A stretch of DNA of 64,000 nt from the human T2T-CHM13v2.0 reference genome, Homo sapiens, in the NCBI RefSeq assembly GCF_009914755.1, contig NC_060929.1; one strand, 5' to 3'. Below the pieces are notes generated by a model. The model was not told where the DNA came from. It worked only from the letters and a program-made list of their open reading frames with translations, and did no database searches. The stretch's first letter is position 1. Each line of letters starts with the position of its first letter. The position numbers were made by a program, and so were the translations under genes. Shown here piece after piece: positions 41,802 to 56,586 of the stretch.

Positions 41802-43049
41802 ATATATATTCTATTGGTTCTGTTTAAACTGAGGACCCTGACTAATGCATCAAGCAAGTGCAATGAAGTGAGAGAGAAGGGACAGAGATGTTTACAACCA
41901 ACTGAAGGTGCAATTTCAGCAGGATAAGGAGGGATGTGAACACCCAAGAGCGACAGGGTAAATTCCTGGGGGTAAGCTCAGTGGATTGTGATCCCGTGGG
42001 CTTGAAGGATTGCTGGAGGGGGGCATTATAGGGAGTTACAAAGTCAATTCTAAACACTTTCCAATTAACATTACACAACATAAATACTGAAACAGCTGTT
42101 TCCATTTTTCTCCAGACTTGCAAAGGTAAGACTGCTGCTACAAAGGCCCGGCAGACAGTGCCACTCTTCCCTCCTGGAGCCCAGGCAGAAGGCAGCCTCA
42201 GAAGGTTGGGGTGGGAGGTGGGAAGGAAATGGGCTGCCTTCAGCAATAGTGCAGATGTGGAGTAAGAAGGGCCCAGGAGAGCCACTCACACCCCACCAAG
42301 CATCGTGGAGATCCAGGGACTTTCCCATAGCCCTGCAAGGGCCAAGTAGTAACTGAGAATTCCCTCAGGGTGCCTGCTGGGGGTCACCTGTACTGGAGCA
42401 GAGGAGCACATTGGCCAGGGGTGACAGCTCAGGGATGGGAGCCAGAAGGACGTTGTGGCTGGGTGACCAGGCAGCAGGGCAGGGGCGCAAGCTCCCTGGG
42501 AGTACCCAGTATGCAGAGAAAGTAAGACGAGGTTCCACCCAAAGAAGAGACCAAGTATGAGGACACATAGCTCCTCCCAGGCCAGCTCAGAGGACCAGCT
42601 GCCTGAGGACAATGCCTCAATGTTCCAGAAACTTCTCCCTGCCCCAGGGACTTCTCTGGGTGGAGAAGGATTACTCAGGGACTTCTGATGAGAGGAGAAA
42701 TCATGAAGGTGAGAAACTTTCATAAGAACTTCAAACTTTGAAATGAGTGAGAAATTTACTCAAAAGAGGCTTTCGTCTTTAAACAGAAAATACAGAATTA
42801 CCTTGAGTGGCAAGATTGCTTTTCCGAGTGAAAACAGAGAATGACTGTTACGGAGATTTTTTTCCACTGAAAGGAAAAGGCTCATATAACAAATTCCAGA
42901 AATCTGGTTACCCTTCTGCATATCTGAGTGGTGACTCTCAATTCTCATTGCTCTACATGCAAATGAAGCCATGCTATATAAAACAGCTCTTCATGTTGAC
43001 AGAATTATAAAATAATATTGGAATAGGAAGAGGCCTCAGGTCATCTAAT

Positions 43050-43265
43050 TTAATGGTTCTCAACTGAGAGCGATTTTGCCCCCCAGGGAACATTTGACCC
43101 CACCTGGAGACATTTTTCATTGTCACAACTTGAGAGGTGCTGCTGGTATCTAGTGAGTGGAGGCCAGGGATGCGGCTAAACATCACCCGATGCATAGGAC
43201 GGCCCCCCTGAACAAAGAATTCTGTGTTCCCCAGTGTCAGTAGTGCCAAGGTTGAGAGATCCCAG
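43050..43265. mobile_element. MER20
   Basis: TGGTTCTCAACTGAGAGCGATTTTGCCCCCCAGGGAACATTTG...GAGGCCAGGGATGCGGCTAAACATC...GTGCCAAGGTTGAGA. Confidence 0.9.
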
Positions 43266-43354
43266 TCAAATCCAAAATTCTACCTAGGCATGCAGTTCTT
43301 CAGAGAACTCCCTCCTGGCTCAGTCAGCCTCGGCTTCAGAATTTCCAAGGTAAT

Positions 43355-43718
43355 ATGGAATACTATGCAGCCATAAAAAAGAATGAAACCATGTCCTTTG
43401 CCAAAACACGTGTGCAGCTGGAGGCCATTATGATAAGTGAATTAATACAGAAACAGAAAATAAAATACCACTTCTCACTTATAAGTGGGAACTAAAGAGT
43501 GGGTGCATATGGACATAAAGATGAAAACAATAGACACTGGACTACAGAAGTGGGGAGGAAAGAAGGGGGAGGAGGGTTGAAAACCTACCTGTTGGGGATG
43601 ATGTTCACTATTTGGCTGATGGGGTCAATAGAAGCCCAAACCCTAGCATTACACAATATACTCATGTAACAAACCTGCACATGTACCCCTGAATATAAAA
43701 TAATTGAAGGAAAAAAAT
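43355..43718 (+). mobile_element. L1PB-type 5'-truncated 3' end
   Basis: ATGGAATACTATGCAGCCATAAAAAAGAATGAA...GAAGCCCAAACCCTAGCATTAC; perfect 15-bp TSD AATTTCCAAGGTAAT (43340-43354 / 43719-43733). Confidence 0.9.
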
Positions 43719-43847
43719 AATTTCCAAGGTAATTTGCCCACTGATTAAGTCATGGAGGCAAGATTTTTTCCCAGCTCTGCCTGAGCCCAGAGTCTGTGCT
43801 TCTTAAACCACTCTGTCATATGCCAAGGTCAGTCAAAACAGGGACAT

Positions 43848-44361
<514 letters not shown>

Positions 44362-44364
44362 CTA

Positions 44365-44550
44365 AGACTGACACTGTCTGTTGACCTTGGGCAAGGTACT
44401 CGACCTCCCTGTGCCTCACTGTTCTCATCTGTAAAACAGGAATAATAATTATACCTACCTCGTGAAGGTATGAAGATTCAATGAATGATTATATGTAAAA
44501 CACCAAGAATACTGCCTGACACACAGTAGGTACAATTCGTGGTTGTTGTT
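44365..44550 (+). mobile_element. MIR
   Basis: TGACCTTGGGCAAGGTACTCGACCTCCCTGTGCCTCACTGTTCTCATCTGTAAAACAGG. Confidence 0.85.
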
Positions 44551-45244
44551 AACTGCGTTTTCAGGCAATCATAGGGGAAATCTGTACGGGCCCTTTAAAA
44601 AGCCTGGCAGAAAGCCAAGCTTTAAAAAAAATTAGTGACTACAAAAGTGCAGCTTCTGCAGTTTCTTTTCAAGTCAGACAAACTGTTCAAAATTGAACAA
44701 GCATTAATAAGAAGTTGAAGAGTGGAAGGCAGTGAGTGATGGACTATTAACTTGGTGGCCAAAGAAACTCCAGGTTAGAGAAAAAGATTGTCGTGGAGGT
44801 TGATGCGGACTCAGAAAGTAGCCCACGGAACTTCTGTGCTTTTCCCTTAGCCACAAGAGGAAACTAAGCAAAGAGGTGAACAGGAGTTTGAGAACTAACC
44901 CATGTGTTTGGGAGAAAGCCTCATGTTTCAGCAGAAAGCCTGCTTCTCTCTGACAGTGCTTGGCAAGTCTAATGAGGACAGCCAAGAAGATAAAGTAGAC
45001 ATTGCCCTGATCAGCAGCAAACACACCCTCAGTTCCAGAAGAAGTGGAAAGCGACATACCTGGCGGAGGTTATCCGTGGGCCTTTGGATGCCTAAGTGTA
45101 AAGTGGGAGAGAAATAAATATTTCTCCTAAGAAGAAGAAAGAAAAAGAGTGTAGGATGAGCCGTAAGAAAGGGCTGTGTGAGTACCTAGATGTTGATATT
45201 TCTGGAAAATTTCTTGCCTATCATCTTACAGATTTGTTCTGGAT

Positions 45245-45832
45245 TTTTTTGTCATGGTAAAACACACATAACATAAAATTTACCATTTTAAAGCATGCAA
45301 CTCAATGGCATTATTGCATTCAAAGTCTTGTGCAACCATCATCACTCTCTAATTCCAGAACACGTTCATCACCCCGCAAAGAAGCCCCATTAGCAGTCAC
45401 TCTCCACTCCCTAGTTCCCTAACTACCATTAATCTATTTTCCGTCTCTACAGATTCGCCTCTTCTGCATATTTCATATAAATGTGATCAAACAATACGTG
45501 GCGTGAGTCTGACTTCTTTCACTCAGCGTGTTTTCCAGGTTCCTCCATGTTGTAACCTGCATTAGAACTTTAGCCTTTTTATGGCCAGATAATATTCCAT
45601 TGTATGGATATATCACATTTTCTTTTCCATTCAGCTGTTGATGAACATTTGGGTTATTTCCACCTTTTGGCTATTGTAAATAATGCTGCCATAAATATTT
45701 TGTACAAGTTTTTGTTTGAACACCTCATTTTGATTCTTTTGTATACCTGGACTGGAATTGCTGAAGCATATGGTGACTCCATTTAACTTATTGAGGAACT
45801 ACAATCTATTTTCCACAGCAGCTGCAACATTT
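45245..45832 (-). mobile_element. L1MB 3' end
   Basis: ACATAACATAAAATTTACCATTTTAAAG...GATAATATTCCATTGTATGGATATATCACATTT. Confidence 0.85.
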
Positions 45833-45934
45833 GAATTGTTATGGATTTTTGCCAACTGAATTAGGAAGAAATAGGAAAACTTGGAGCTATAGGGAAACAT
45901 TGCCATTGGCCCCTTTGCAAAGCAATCTGGCAGT

Positions 45935-46172
45935 GTGAGGAACAGTGTAGCTTCATAGAAAAAGGATGGAACTCAAATCCAATATACCTGGGGTCCAATA
46001 TCTAGCTCTGCCGACTACTAGTTGGCAAAACAATTAACCTTCCCTAACCTCAGTTTCTTCTTCTGTAAATGGGGTTCTTCTTCTGCTTCATAGTATTATG
46101 GTAAAGATTAAAGAGCTTTGTCAAAATACCTGGCACCTGATAGGCACCCTCTAAGTTCTAGCTATTGTTATT
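45935..46172 (+). mobile_element. MIR
   Basis: CTAGCTCTGCCGACTACTAG...CCTCAGTTTCTTCTTCTGTAAATGGGG. Confidence 0.75.
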
Positions 46173-46514
46173 ATAATGTATACTGTTTTAGAAAGTATAA
46201 AGAGACTGAAAAGTCCTGTTATTTAACTGGAAAATTCCGCCCTTGAAAACCTATGTGAAGAAAATCAAGTCTACCATTTCTACTAAGGAAAAAAATCCTT
46301 CAAAATATATGCCATATTATAGATAAGCCAGTAGTACCATTCTTAAGCAAGAAGGAAATGAAGAAAACCAATTCTTCAGCACCAGCTGTGCCCTGGGTTC
46401 TGGGTTAACTTCTTGACATATTCATACATTAAACATGCATTTATTGAGCCTGTATTACTTACTACTTAATGAACTAGGCCCTGGTGATACAGCAGTGAAC
46501 AACAGAGACACAGT

Positions 46515-46993
46515 TGTGAAAGAAAAATAAATTTAGGAGCCCCCAAATCACTAAGTTAAAGAGAAAAGTCAGGCTGGGAACTTCTTAGGGCCAAACTGCC
46601 TCCCATTCTACTCAGTCACCCCTCTGCTCACTGAGATAAATGCATATCTGATTGCCTCCTTTGAAGAGGCTCATCAGAAACTCCACAGAATGCAACCATG
46701 CAACCATTTGTCTATTAGCTACCTACTTCCTGGAAGTCCTCTCCCCTGCTTCAAGTCTTCCTGCCTTTCCTTCAAGTTGTCCTGCCTTTCCAGACTGAAC
46801 CAGTGTTCATCTTGCATATGTCGATCAATGTCTTATATCTCCCTAGGATGTATAAAACCAAACCATACTCTGATCACGTTGAGCACACGTTGTCAGGACC
46901 TCCTGAGGCTGTGCCACGGGCGCACGTCCTCAAACTTGGCAAAATAAACATTCTAAATTAACTGAGACCTGTCTCAGATTTTCAGGGTTCACA
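46515..46993 (+). mobile_element. MER4A-like ERV1 solo LTR inserted in an L2 (46420-47050)
   Basis: TGTGAAAGAAAAATAAAT..CCCCCAAATCACTAAG...GAGACCTGTCTCAGATTTTCAGGGTTCACA; 4-bp TSD CAGT. Confidence 0.9.
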
Positions 46994-47106
46994 CAGTCCC
47001 TGCCCTCAGGAAGCTTATATTCTAGCAGGAAAGAAAGCCATAAAACAATTAATAGTAACAGCTAACATATACTGAGCACATGCTTTGTGCCAAGACTATT
47101 CTAAGT

Positions 47107-47334
47107 CAGGTGTTGGCAAACTATGAGCCATGAGCCAAATCTGGCCCACCTCCTGTTTTTATAAATAAAATAATATTGGAGTACCGCCATATCCACTCAT
47201 TTATGTATTATCGTCCATGTTTGCTTTTGCACTATGGCAGCAGAGCTGAGTAACTGAGACAGAGACCACAAGGCCCACAAAACTTAAAGTATTTACCATT
47301 TGGTCCTTTACAGGAAAAGCATACTAAACCTCTG
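47107..47334. mobile_element. MER58A inserted in a MIR (47055-47520)
   Basis: CAGGTGTTGGCAAACTATG..GCCAAATCTGGCCCAC...ATTTACCATTTGGTCCTTTACAGGAAAAG; 8-bp TSD TTCTAAGT/CTCTAAGC. Confidence 0.88.
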
Positions 47335-47619
47335 CTCTAAGCACAACAGGAGTTGTCCTTAGACATAGGTACAGTACTCTTATTATGCTCATTTTGCACA
47401 TGAAGAGACAGGCACAGGCAGACAAAGTCACTTGTTCCAAGTCACACATGTAGAAAATGAAACAAATCTATAGTTTAGTCTGGCTATAAAACTCATGCTT
47501 TACAATCTATACTATTCTGCCTACCCAAACAAATACACGGTCATTTCATAACAACTGTAAAAAGTGTTGTGCAACAGAAGAGTATGTGGCGCCTCACTGA
47601 ATTGTACAACCGAGGCTAA

Positions 47620-48150
47620 GATTTAGGATTTAAAGGGTCAGGAAGAGTTGGAGTGGAAATGGGACACATTCCAGGTGTAGGGAACAGTGAATGAAGGACT
47701 TGAGATGGGAAAGGGCTGGCCCATTCTAGGAACAGTGTAGCTGGAGACAGATGGGCCTATGGGAGAGGCAGGAGGTAGATGATGTGAGGTCGGGTGGGCC
47801 AGGTTGAAGATTTTGAACCTTACTCTAAGACCAGTAATGAGCCATTGAAGGGTCTTATTCAAGAACATGCTAATATTAGATTTGCCTTATTTCAAAGGTG
47901 GCTCTGGACAGCGTGGAGACAAGCTTGGGATATGGGAACTAAAAGCAGGAGAGACTCATTAGAAATGATCGCCAAAATCCAGATGAGAGACAGTGGTGGT
48001 TTGACCAGGGCTAGGATGGGAGAGGGAAGAGACAGATTCAGAAGGGGAATGGAGCAGAATCAGTAAGACTTGGCGCCTGACTGGCTATGATGGTGAGAGG
48101 GAAAGGGGTCATGGTTAGGCATCCAAGTTTCTGGCTTGGGTATTTAGTAT
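47620..48150 (-). mobile_element. L2 fragment
   Basis: GAGCCATTGAAGGGTCTTA...CAGATGAGAGACAGTGGTGGTTTGACCAGGG. Confidence 0.65.
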
Positions 48151-48583
48151 GTATTGCTTCTGGCATATTGGTCTGGGTTTTGAACTGTAACAATGGAATC
48201 TGCTGTAGCTAGTTTGGAAAAAAAGAGGGTTATAAAGGGGTATGGAGAATCTTTGTTAGAAAGAGTAGATCAAGGTCTAGGCTGAGTTTCCAGGAACGAC
48301 TCCCTGGTGAAAACAGCAAGGAGACTCCAGAACAGGGCTGCCTCTGCTCACACCTGTGTCAACAAGATGGAGATGCCCGGTCCTACCCTTTCCAGCTCCA
48401 CTGAGAAGCAAAGGCCCTGGTGCATCTGATCGGTTGGATTGGTGGATTCTAGGTCACATGACTGCATCCTAGCAGCAAGGGAGGCTGGGAAATGCAGTCC
48501 ACTTTTCTTTTGTGTTTTGGTTTGCATGTTGGGGGAAAAATCAAATGTGGAGAAGATGTTCTAGAGATTCTGAGCTGCTTCAG

Positions 48584-48964
<381 letters not shown>

Positions 48965-49629
48965 TCACAGCTGACATCACTTAGAAGGAAAACACCAAAG
49001 GTGGAGCTGGTTTGAGAAGGGAAATAGGGGTTTATTTCTGGACCCATTGAATGAGCAGTGCCCATGATATCCAGGAGGCAGCTGGAGAGATCTCGTTTAA
49101 TCCTCAAAGCAAACTATGAAATCTACGTTAAAATCCACTTGCTCTAATGTCACATAAGAAGAATGTGGAAAAAATAGGACATGAATCCACGATATTTTGG
49201 CTCCAATAGCCACAGTTTTTTCGTATCTCATAAACACTGTCTTCCAACTTCATTATCGTCCTTTTAACCTCTGCCTGTCTTTAGTTAATATAATTAATAC
49301 TTTTAATTCTATTTTTATTCTATTTTTATTACTCCCAATTTGACAAACACCTTGGAAATTTCACCATTTGTCCCTGTCAAACACAAAGTCACCACTGCTC
49401 TCCATAAGTCATGCTGAGATCACAGGTTTTGCACTCTATCCTTTCTGCTCAACTGGACTAGGGCAATGTGCCCCGTGAGAAGATGCATCTGAATTGTGGT
49501 TTTCAGAACAAAGCTGAAGTGGGCAATGTTTCTCTTGGCACTACCCTTTAAATCACCACCAAAATTGACTCAGCCTTCCAGAGGATTGGCCTAACGGCCT
49601 CATTCATGCTCAAGAAAGAGTCTATCATA

Positions 49630-51272
49630 TTCCAACAGGCTTTTCTGTAGAAATGTCATGTTGATTCTACAGTTTATATAAAAATGCAAAGGACTTAATT
49701 TAAACCAAAACAATTTTGGGGAAAAAAGAACAAAATTGGAGGACTTATATTACCTGGATTGCAAGACTTACTATAAAGCTACAGTAATCTACACAGTGTA
49801 GTATTGGCAAAGGATAATCATAAGATGAATGGAAAAGAAGAAAACCCAGAAATAGATGCACACATATATGATCAATTAATATTCAACAAAGGTGCCAACG
49901 TGATTGTCTTTTCAACAAATGCTGCTTAACCAGCTGATATCCATAAAGAAAAAAGAGAACCTCCACATTTAGCTCACACCATACACAAAAGCTAACTCCA
50001 CAAAGGATCTTAAGCCACAATGTAGGAGCTAAAACTATAAAACATCTAGGAAAAAACAGAAGAAATTCTTTGTGACCTTAGAAATTAACAAAAAATTATT
50101 AGGATACAGAAAAGCATGGACAATGAAAGAAAATATTAATGAAATGGACTTCATCAAATTGAAAGCTCTTGTTCTCTGAAAGATACTGTTAAGACCATAA
50201 AAAGACAAACAATACACCAGGAACAAATTATTTTAAAAACCTAGTGGTTTTTCTTCTTATGGTTGAGTTGTAAACTATAGTAGATACATATACATCTGAC
50301 AATGGACTTATATTAAGAACGTATAGATATGTTTACAACTCAATCATAAGACAAACCACTTGATTTTTTTTCAATTTGCAAAAGACTTCAACCAGCTTCA
50401 CTAGAGAGGATACACAAATGGCCCACAAGCACATGAAGGGATTCTCAACATAATTAGTCATCAGGAAAATGCAAATTAAAAGCACAATGATCTAGCATCG
50501 CACACCCACTAGAATGGCTAAAATTAAAGAAACAGGCAGTACCATGTTGGCAAAAAAGTGGAGCAACTGGGGTTGTAAAATTGTGCTTTGGAAAATAGTT
50601 TGGCGTTTTCTTTAAAAGTGAAACATACACTTAACATATGACCCAGAAATTCTGCTTCTATACATCTACGCAAGAAAAATGAAAACATATGTACTCAAAA
50701 GATTTGTATATAAATGCTCAAGCGGCTTTCTTTAGAAAAAAATGTGTTATATCCATGTACTAAAATATATCCCCAGAAATATAAAGAAATGATATACTGG
50801 CACATGCAATAACATAGATGAGCTGTGAAAATGTTATTACTAGTGTTTCAATCTTTTTTTCATGATGCCCCTAAACCAAACAAAATACATAAAAGTTCAA
50901 TTTATTAACTCATTAGGCCCAAACAACATCAAAATAGTGGTTCCTATGGCATCCAACAGATCTGTGTTTCCCTCAAAAATTTAAAACATCCATGATACAC
51001 CATGAATTTGCTGTAGCATCCCAGAGTACCCTGGCAGAGTCTGAGAACCATGGGGCTAAATTAATCTAGTGACTGACCGAAGAACAATGGTTGCCTGGAG
51101 CTGGGGGAAAGGAATATTAGGGAACTTTCTGGGATGATGGAATTTCTCTAAAGTTTGATTGTGGTGCCAGTTACATTCTTGCATACATTTGTCAAAACTC
51201 ATCAAAGTGTTTTGCTAAAATGGATGCATTTTATTAGATGTTAGACGTAGATACCTCAACAAAGTTGACTTA
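49630..51272 (+). mobile_element. L1M (L1MC/ME-type) ORF2 end and 3'UTR, with a possible hAT MITE at ~50820-51055
   Basis: CAAGACTTACTATAAAGCTACAGTAATC...ATGGACTTCATCAAATTGAAAG...GGAAAATGCAAATTAAAAGCACAATGA. Confidence 0.85.
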
Positions 51273-51274
51273 AA

Positions 51275-51880
51275 GGCCAGCATTTCGAGAGACTGAGGCA
51301 GGAGGATAGTTTCAGCCCAAAACTTGGAGACCAGCCTGGGCAACATAGGGAGAACGCCGTCTCTATCAAAATAAAAATAAAAAGGTAGCCAGGCATGGTG
51401 GTGCACACCTGTAGTCCCAGCTACTCAGGAGGCTGAGCTGGGAGGATCACTTGAGCCCAGGAGTTCAAGGCTGCAGTGAGCTATGATTGCACCACTGCAC
51501 TCCAGCCTTGGCAAAACAGAGAGACCCAGGCCGGACGCGGTGGCCTAAGCCTGTAATCTCAGGACTTTGGGAGCCTGAGGCGGGTGGATCACCTGAGGTC
51601 AGGAGTTCGAGACCAACCTAACCAACATGGAGAAACCCCATCTCTACTAAAAATACAAAATTAGCCAGGCATGGTGGCACATGCCTGTAATCCCAGCTAC
51701 TCAAGAGGCTGAGGCAGGAGAATCACTTGAACCTGGGTGGCAGGGGTCGTGGAGAGCTGAGATCGTGCCATTGCACTCTATCCTGGGCAACAAGAGTGAA
51801 ACTCTGTCTCAAGAAAAAAAAAAAAAAGAATGAGACCCCGTCTCGAAAAATAAATAAAAGTAAATTTAAAAATAAAAGTA
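51275..51880 (+). mobile_element. AluJ with a younger Alu nested near its 3' end
   Basis: AluJ body 51275-51527; its terminal GTCTCGAAAAA resumes at ~51838. Confidence 0.88.
51529..51827 (+). mobile_element. AluSp-like
   Basis: ACCAACATGGAGAAACCCC and CAACAAGAGTGAAACTC diagnostics; GAGACCC duplicated on both sides. Confidence 0.93.
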
Positions 51881-52394
51881 AATAACACTCAAAGATATCT
51901 ATTCTGGGTATGAAAACATATCTCATGTATGCTCACGTATCCCCTCACATACACAGTCAGGCCCACTCCTTTTTCTGCTTGTTCATAGAATTGCTGCACT
52001 ATATTTTGTGATTGGCCCCACTAGCTGACTCTTAGACTTGATTGTTACCTCCTTCCTTTCCCTGTCTCTTCTCCACCCCTGACAATTGAAGATGCTTTCA
52101 TCATTTATTTCCCCTGTCCCCCACCCCTCCCCAACATTCAGATATGAGGGAATGCTGTGAATCCAAGTTGAACAGCAAGAAAGAAGCCACAAGAATTTCA
52201 AAGGCACTTGTAGGCATGAACCACGATTACAAATGAAGGATGTGGTGTCTGGGTATACAATAGCTTGCATAGAGTACATGCTTGTTAAGTGTGTGTTCAC
52301 CTGGGTTTACTGAATTTGCTGAGACTTGAAGGTTTCTCAGATACACTATCATTATTATTGTAATAACTTGAAACTACCTCCTGTATAGCCTATG

Positions 52395-52635
52395 TGACTA
52401 CCATTTATTAAGCATCTGCTTTTCTGATAGACACTACAATTAGCGCTTTCAGTTTTCTGTCATGAAATCACCCCAACTCTGTGAGATAGATATTATTATC
52501 TTCATTTACAGATCAGGAAACTGAGGCTCACAGCTGTTAAGTAAATGGATCTGTTGCACAGGTACTAAGTGAAGGTGCTGTGATTTCTATTCCCGTCTGT
52601 CTACTCAAACAGCTCATTGTCGTTACTATGCCTCG
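52395..52635 (-). mobile_element. MIR
   Basis: TATTATTATCTTCATTTACAGATCAGGAAACTGAGGCTCACAG. Confidence 0.8.
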
Positions 52636-53844
52636 CTAGCTAACCACGTGCCTCTGATCTGAGTGTTATAAAAGAGTAGAACCTTATTATGGGAATCTGA
52701 ACCTCATGATATGTCAGACTAAAATATAAGGAGTGATGTAGTTTATTTAAAAAAAAAATACATGCGAGAAAAAGCTGCTGGGAAGATTCTTTCTCATAGT
52801 TTTTCATAGTAAACTCTAGGAAAATGAAATATAAGAATCATTTCTCTCTACAGTACCAATAATCATCAAAATTTATGTTGGGTGATTTTCCCCCCTTATT
52901 TTCCTCAAGGTTTGTGCTTTAACCTTTAACAAATGTTTGCAATAAATTTTCTCTAGCTAAACATTGTTTCATCGTTGGAACATTTCCTACAAGCAATAGT
53001 TTTGTCTTATCTTGGGAACTAGAGCTGGAAGGGGCTCAGACATCTGCAACTTTACCTTCCTTCCTTGCAGCAGGTAATTCTTTGCCTGGATGAACTGAAT
53101 TTATGCTGCTTTTAAAGTCCCCAGAAGGCACTAGCACACTAGGCTCAGAAATGCTTTCTCAGAGCCAGGGAGCTCTTCTTGGGTCTGACATCAGTCTCAC
53201 ATTTTGCAGTTTTAGCTTGCCTCCACTTTTTTGTACCTCCACGGTTGATCCAAGTCTCCTTCATCCTGGATTAAATCGCAGGTACTCTGCCTAGGTGCCC
53301 CTTGATGCCTCGTCAATGCCTTTGTTCAGGTGTCTTTCATCTCTTGAGATGCCCACTGGCTACCCAGGGCTACCTGATGACTCTCACAACAACCTTGGTA
53401 TTCAAGGTCATGGCCTGAGCCTCCTCTGATGGGAGTCCTTTTATAACATCTGTCCTGTCTGCTGGTCCAGTGCTGGTGGATGCCTGTTGTCCACACAATT
53501 ATTAAGAGTGCTCCCTTTCTTTCACCCTCAACAGTGTCTTGGTTTGCTTAATAAATTATACAATCCCCTTATTTGTAAGTTATCAAGAATCAGGGTGATT
53601 TCCCTGAACCTTCCAGCTTTAGGTGCTCCACATGAATGATCAGAGACTAGAGAGAGTGATTCAGTGCAGAGTGCTCAAAAGCTGCACTGGGCAATGTGGT
53701 CATCAATAACCACATGCAGCTACTGAGCACTTGATGTACAGCTAGTCCTGATTGAGATGAGCTGAATGTGTAAAATGCACTCCAGATTTTAAATACTTAG
53801 TACAAAAAATAGATAAAATGGCTTGTTAATAATTTTTGTATTGA

Positions 53845-54008
53845 TTAGCTGGGCATGGTGGTGCACACCTGTGGTCCCAGCTGCTTGGGAGGCTGAGACA
53901 GGAGGATCATTTGAGCCCAGGAGGTCAGGGCTGTAGTGAGCTGTGATCGAGCCACTGCACTCCAGCCTTGGCAACAGAGCATGACCCTGTCTCAAAATAA
54001 TAATAATA
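53845..54008 (+). mobile_element. FRAM / AluJ right monomer
   Basis: Single monomer with a (TAA)n tail. Confidence 0.85.
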
Positions 54009-54051
54009 ACAATATTTATTTTGAAATAACATTTTTGGTGTGTCTGAGTAA

Positions 54052-54357
<306 letters not shown>

Positions 54358-54360
54358 ATC

Positions 54361-54660
54361 TTATTTATTTTTGAGACAGGGTCTCACTCTGCCACCCAGG
54401 CTGGAGTGCAGTGGTGCAATCTCAGCTTACTGCAGCCTCAACCTCCCGTGCTCAAATGATCTTCCCACCTAAGCCTCCCAAGTAGCTGGGACTATTGGAA
54501 AGTGCCACCACACTTGGCTAATTTTTTAATTTTTTTTTTTTTTTAGAGACAAAGTCTCGCTATATTGCCCAGGCTGATCTTGAACTTCTGGGCTCAAGGG
54601 ATCCTCCTGCCTTAGCCTCCCAAAGTGTTGAGATTACAGGCAAGAGGCACTTCCTGTGCC
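54361..54660 (-). mobile_element. AluJ
   Basis: Antisense Alu with GCAGCCTCAACCTCC and GGGCTCAAGGGATCC AluJ features. Confidence 0.93.
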
Positions 54661-54918
54661 TAATATATTTATTAAGATGTAAATGTAATTAAAATTAAAA
54701 ATCTATTATTAAAATTATTTTACTTCTTTAAATATGGCTACTAGAAGATGTGAAGTTACACATGTGGCCTGCATTCTGTTTCTGTTGGGTGGTGCTGCTC
54801 CAGATCCAATAATTCATTCCCAGGAGTGGTCCCACTACTGACTTTCCCTTTCCTTCCACAAACTAACATTGGGCTGCCAAAGAGCAGATAGTAACACTTT
54901 CAAATATTGCTCCTCCTG

Positions 54919-55366
<448 letters not shown>

Positions 55367-56586
55367 TCAACTGCTTTAATGTGTAAGAATGTGCAGCCAC
55401 AGTCTCCAACAATCATACTGTCTTATCAAGAGCCAGGGCTCTCTTACAACAGTTGCAATCTGGAATGCACAGTAAATGACTGGGTCTTCAGGAGAGTTTT
55501 GGGTTTATGATCAAAGCCAGATGTCACCTAACTCCATCTAGCCTGTGAGGACAGGCTGCCTAGCGTCCCACTCCAAGGGAAATTCCTCTCCATTCCTTGG
55601 TGGTAATAGTGTTATAGCTTCCTTGGCATCATAGCGTTTCTATCTTCCCACTTTTCTAAGAACCTGAGAAGGGCATAGAGGTTTGAGTGAGAGGTCTCCC
55701 TCTGAAAAGGGATGCCACATTTCCTCCAAGAATTTTATCTTAGCATCTGAGACAAATGGTAAATGAAAATGTAACCCCAAAGCAGAACTGCTCCCCATCA
55801 AATAGTTGGATCTCATTTTTCAGACTGGACGGGGCTTGGATTTGCCATGTAATCTACAATGGGGCAGGTTGTTGGTGCAGCTCACTCCCTTGAACCCCAC
55901 AAAGCCAATATGTGGCCTCACAGTTTAGACTTCCAGAGAGGGTGAGATCATCCCTGCCACACAAGTTAGCACATTCTCTTTGATGCCCTTGCAAACCCGG
56001 CATCCCCCCTCAAGACACTCTATGCCTGTCCGAAAATAAAACCCTTTGATCCAGCCCCTTCGTGTGTCCTACAAACCCTCAGAGTCTTCTTCATTAGTTC
56101 TCACTCTGCTGGCTCTGCAGAGAGAGGGCACAGACCCTGGCACATGCGTTACCCAGAATGGGAGCTCAAACAGTGGGTTTGGGTTCAGCTCTGCCCTTTC
56201 TCCTCTCTCTGCCTTCCCCGGCAGTGCTGGGGGCAGATTTCTCCTAAGGTAGCTGAAAGCAAACATAATTTGCCAGCACAAAGTCAGTTTTCTTTGGAGG
56301 ACCTCCCAGACTAATCCACGTGAAAATCATCACCTCCTTCTATCATGATGGCCTTGGCCCCACTTCCACGGTAAGTGACGCATTTCCCGTGCCCTGGCTC
56401 TGCTCCAGCACATTGGCTTCTCTCTTGGTTGGCTTTCCACTTAGAGAGGGTCTCCCATGTTAATAGACAGTGCTCCTTCCGTGTTCCCAAACTTCCAACA
56501 CGTACTAATCTTTGGGATTCAAGATTGAAAAATAAGAATTCTTAGGAATCTTCAGGCATTCTTAAATGCATAAGCTATTAAATAAC

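Noticed and set aside
46748-46792. ~21-bp tandem duplication CTTCAAGT..TCCTGCCTTTC
   Set aside because: It lies within the MER4A-like LTR and is probably part of the family consensus.
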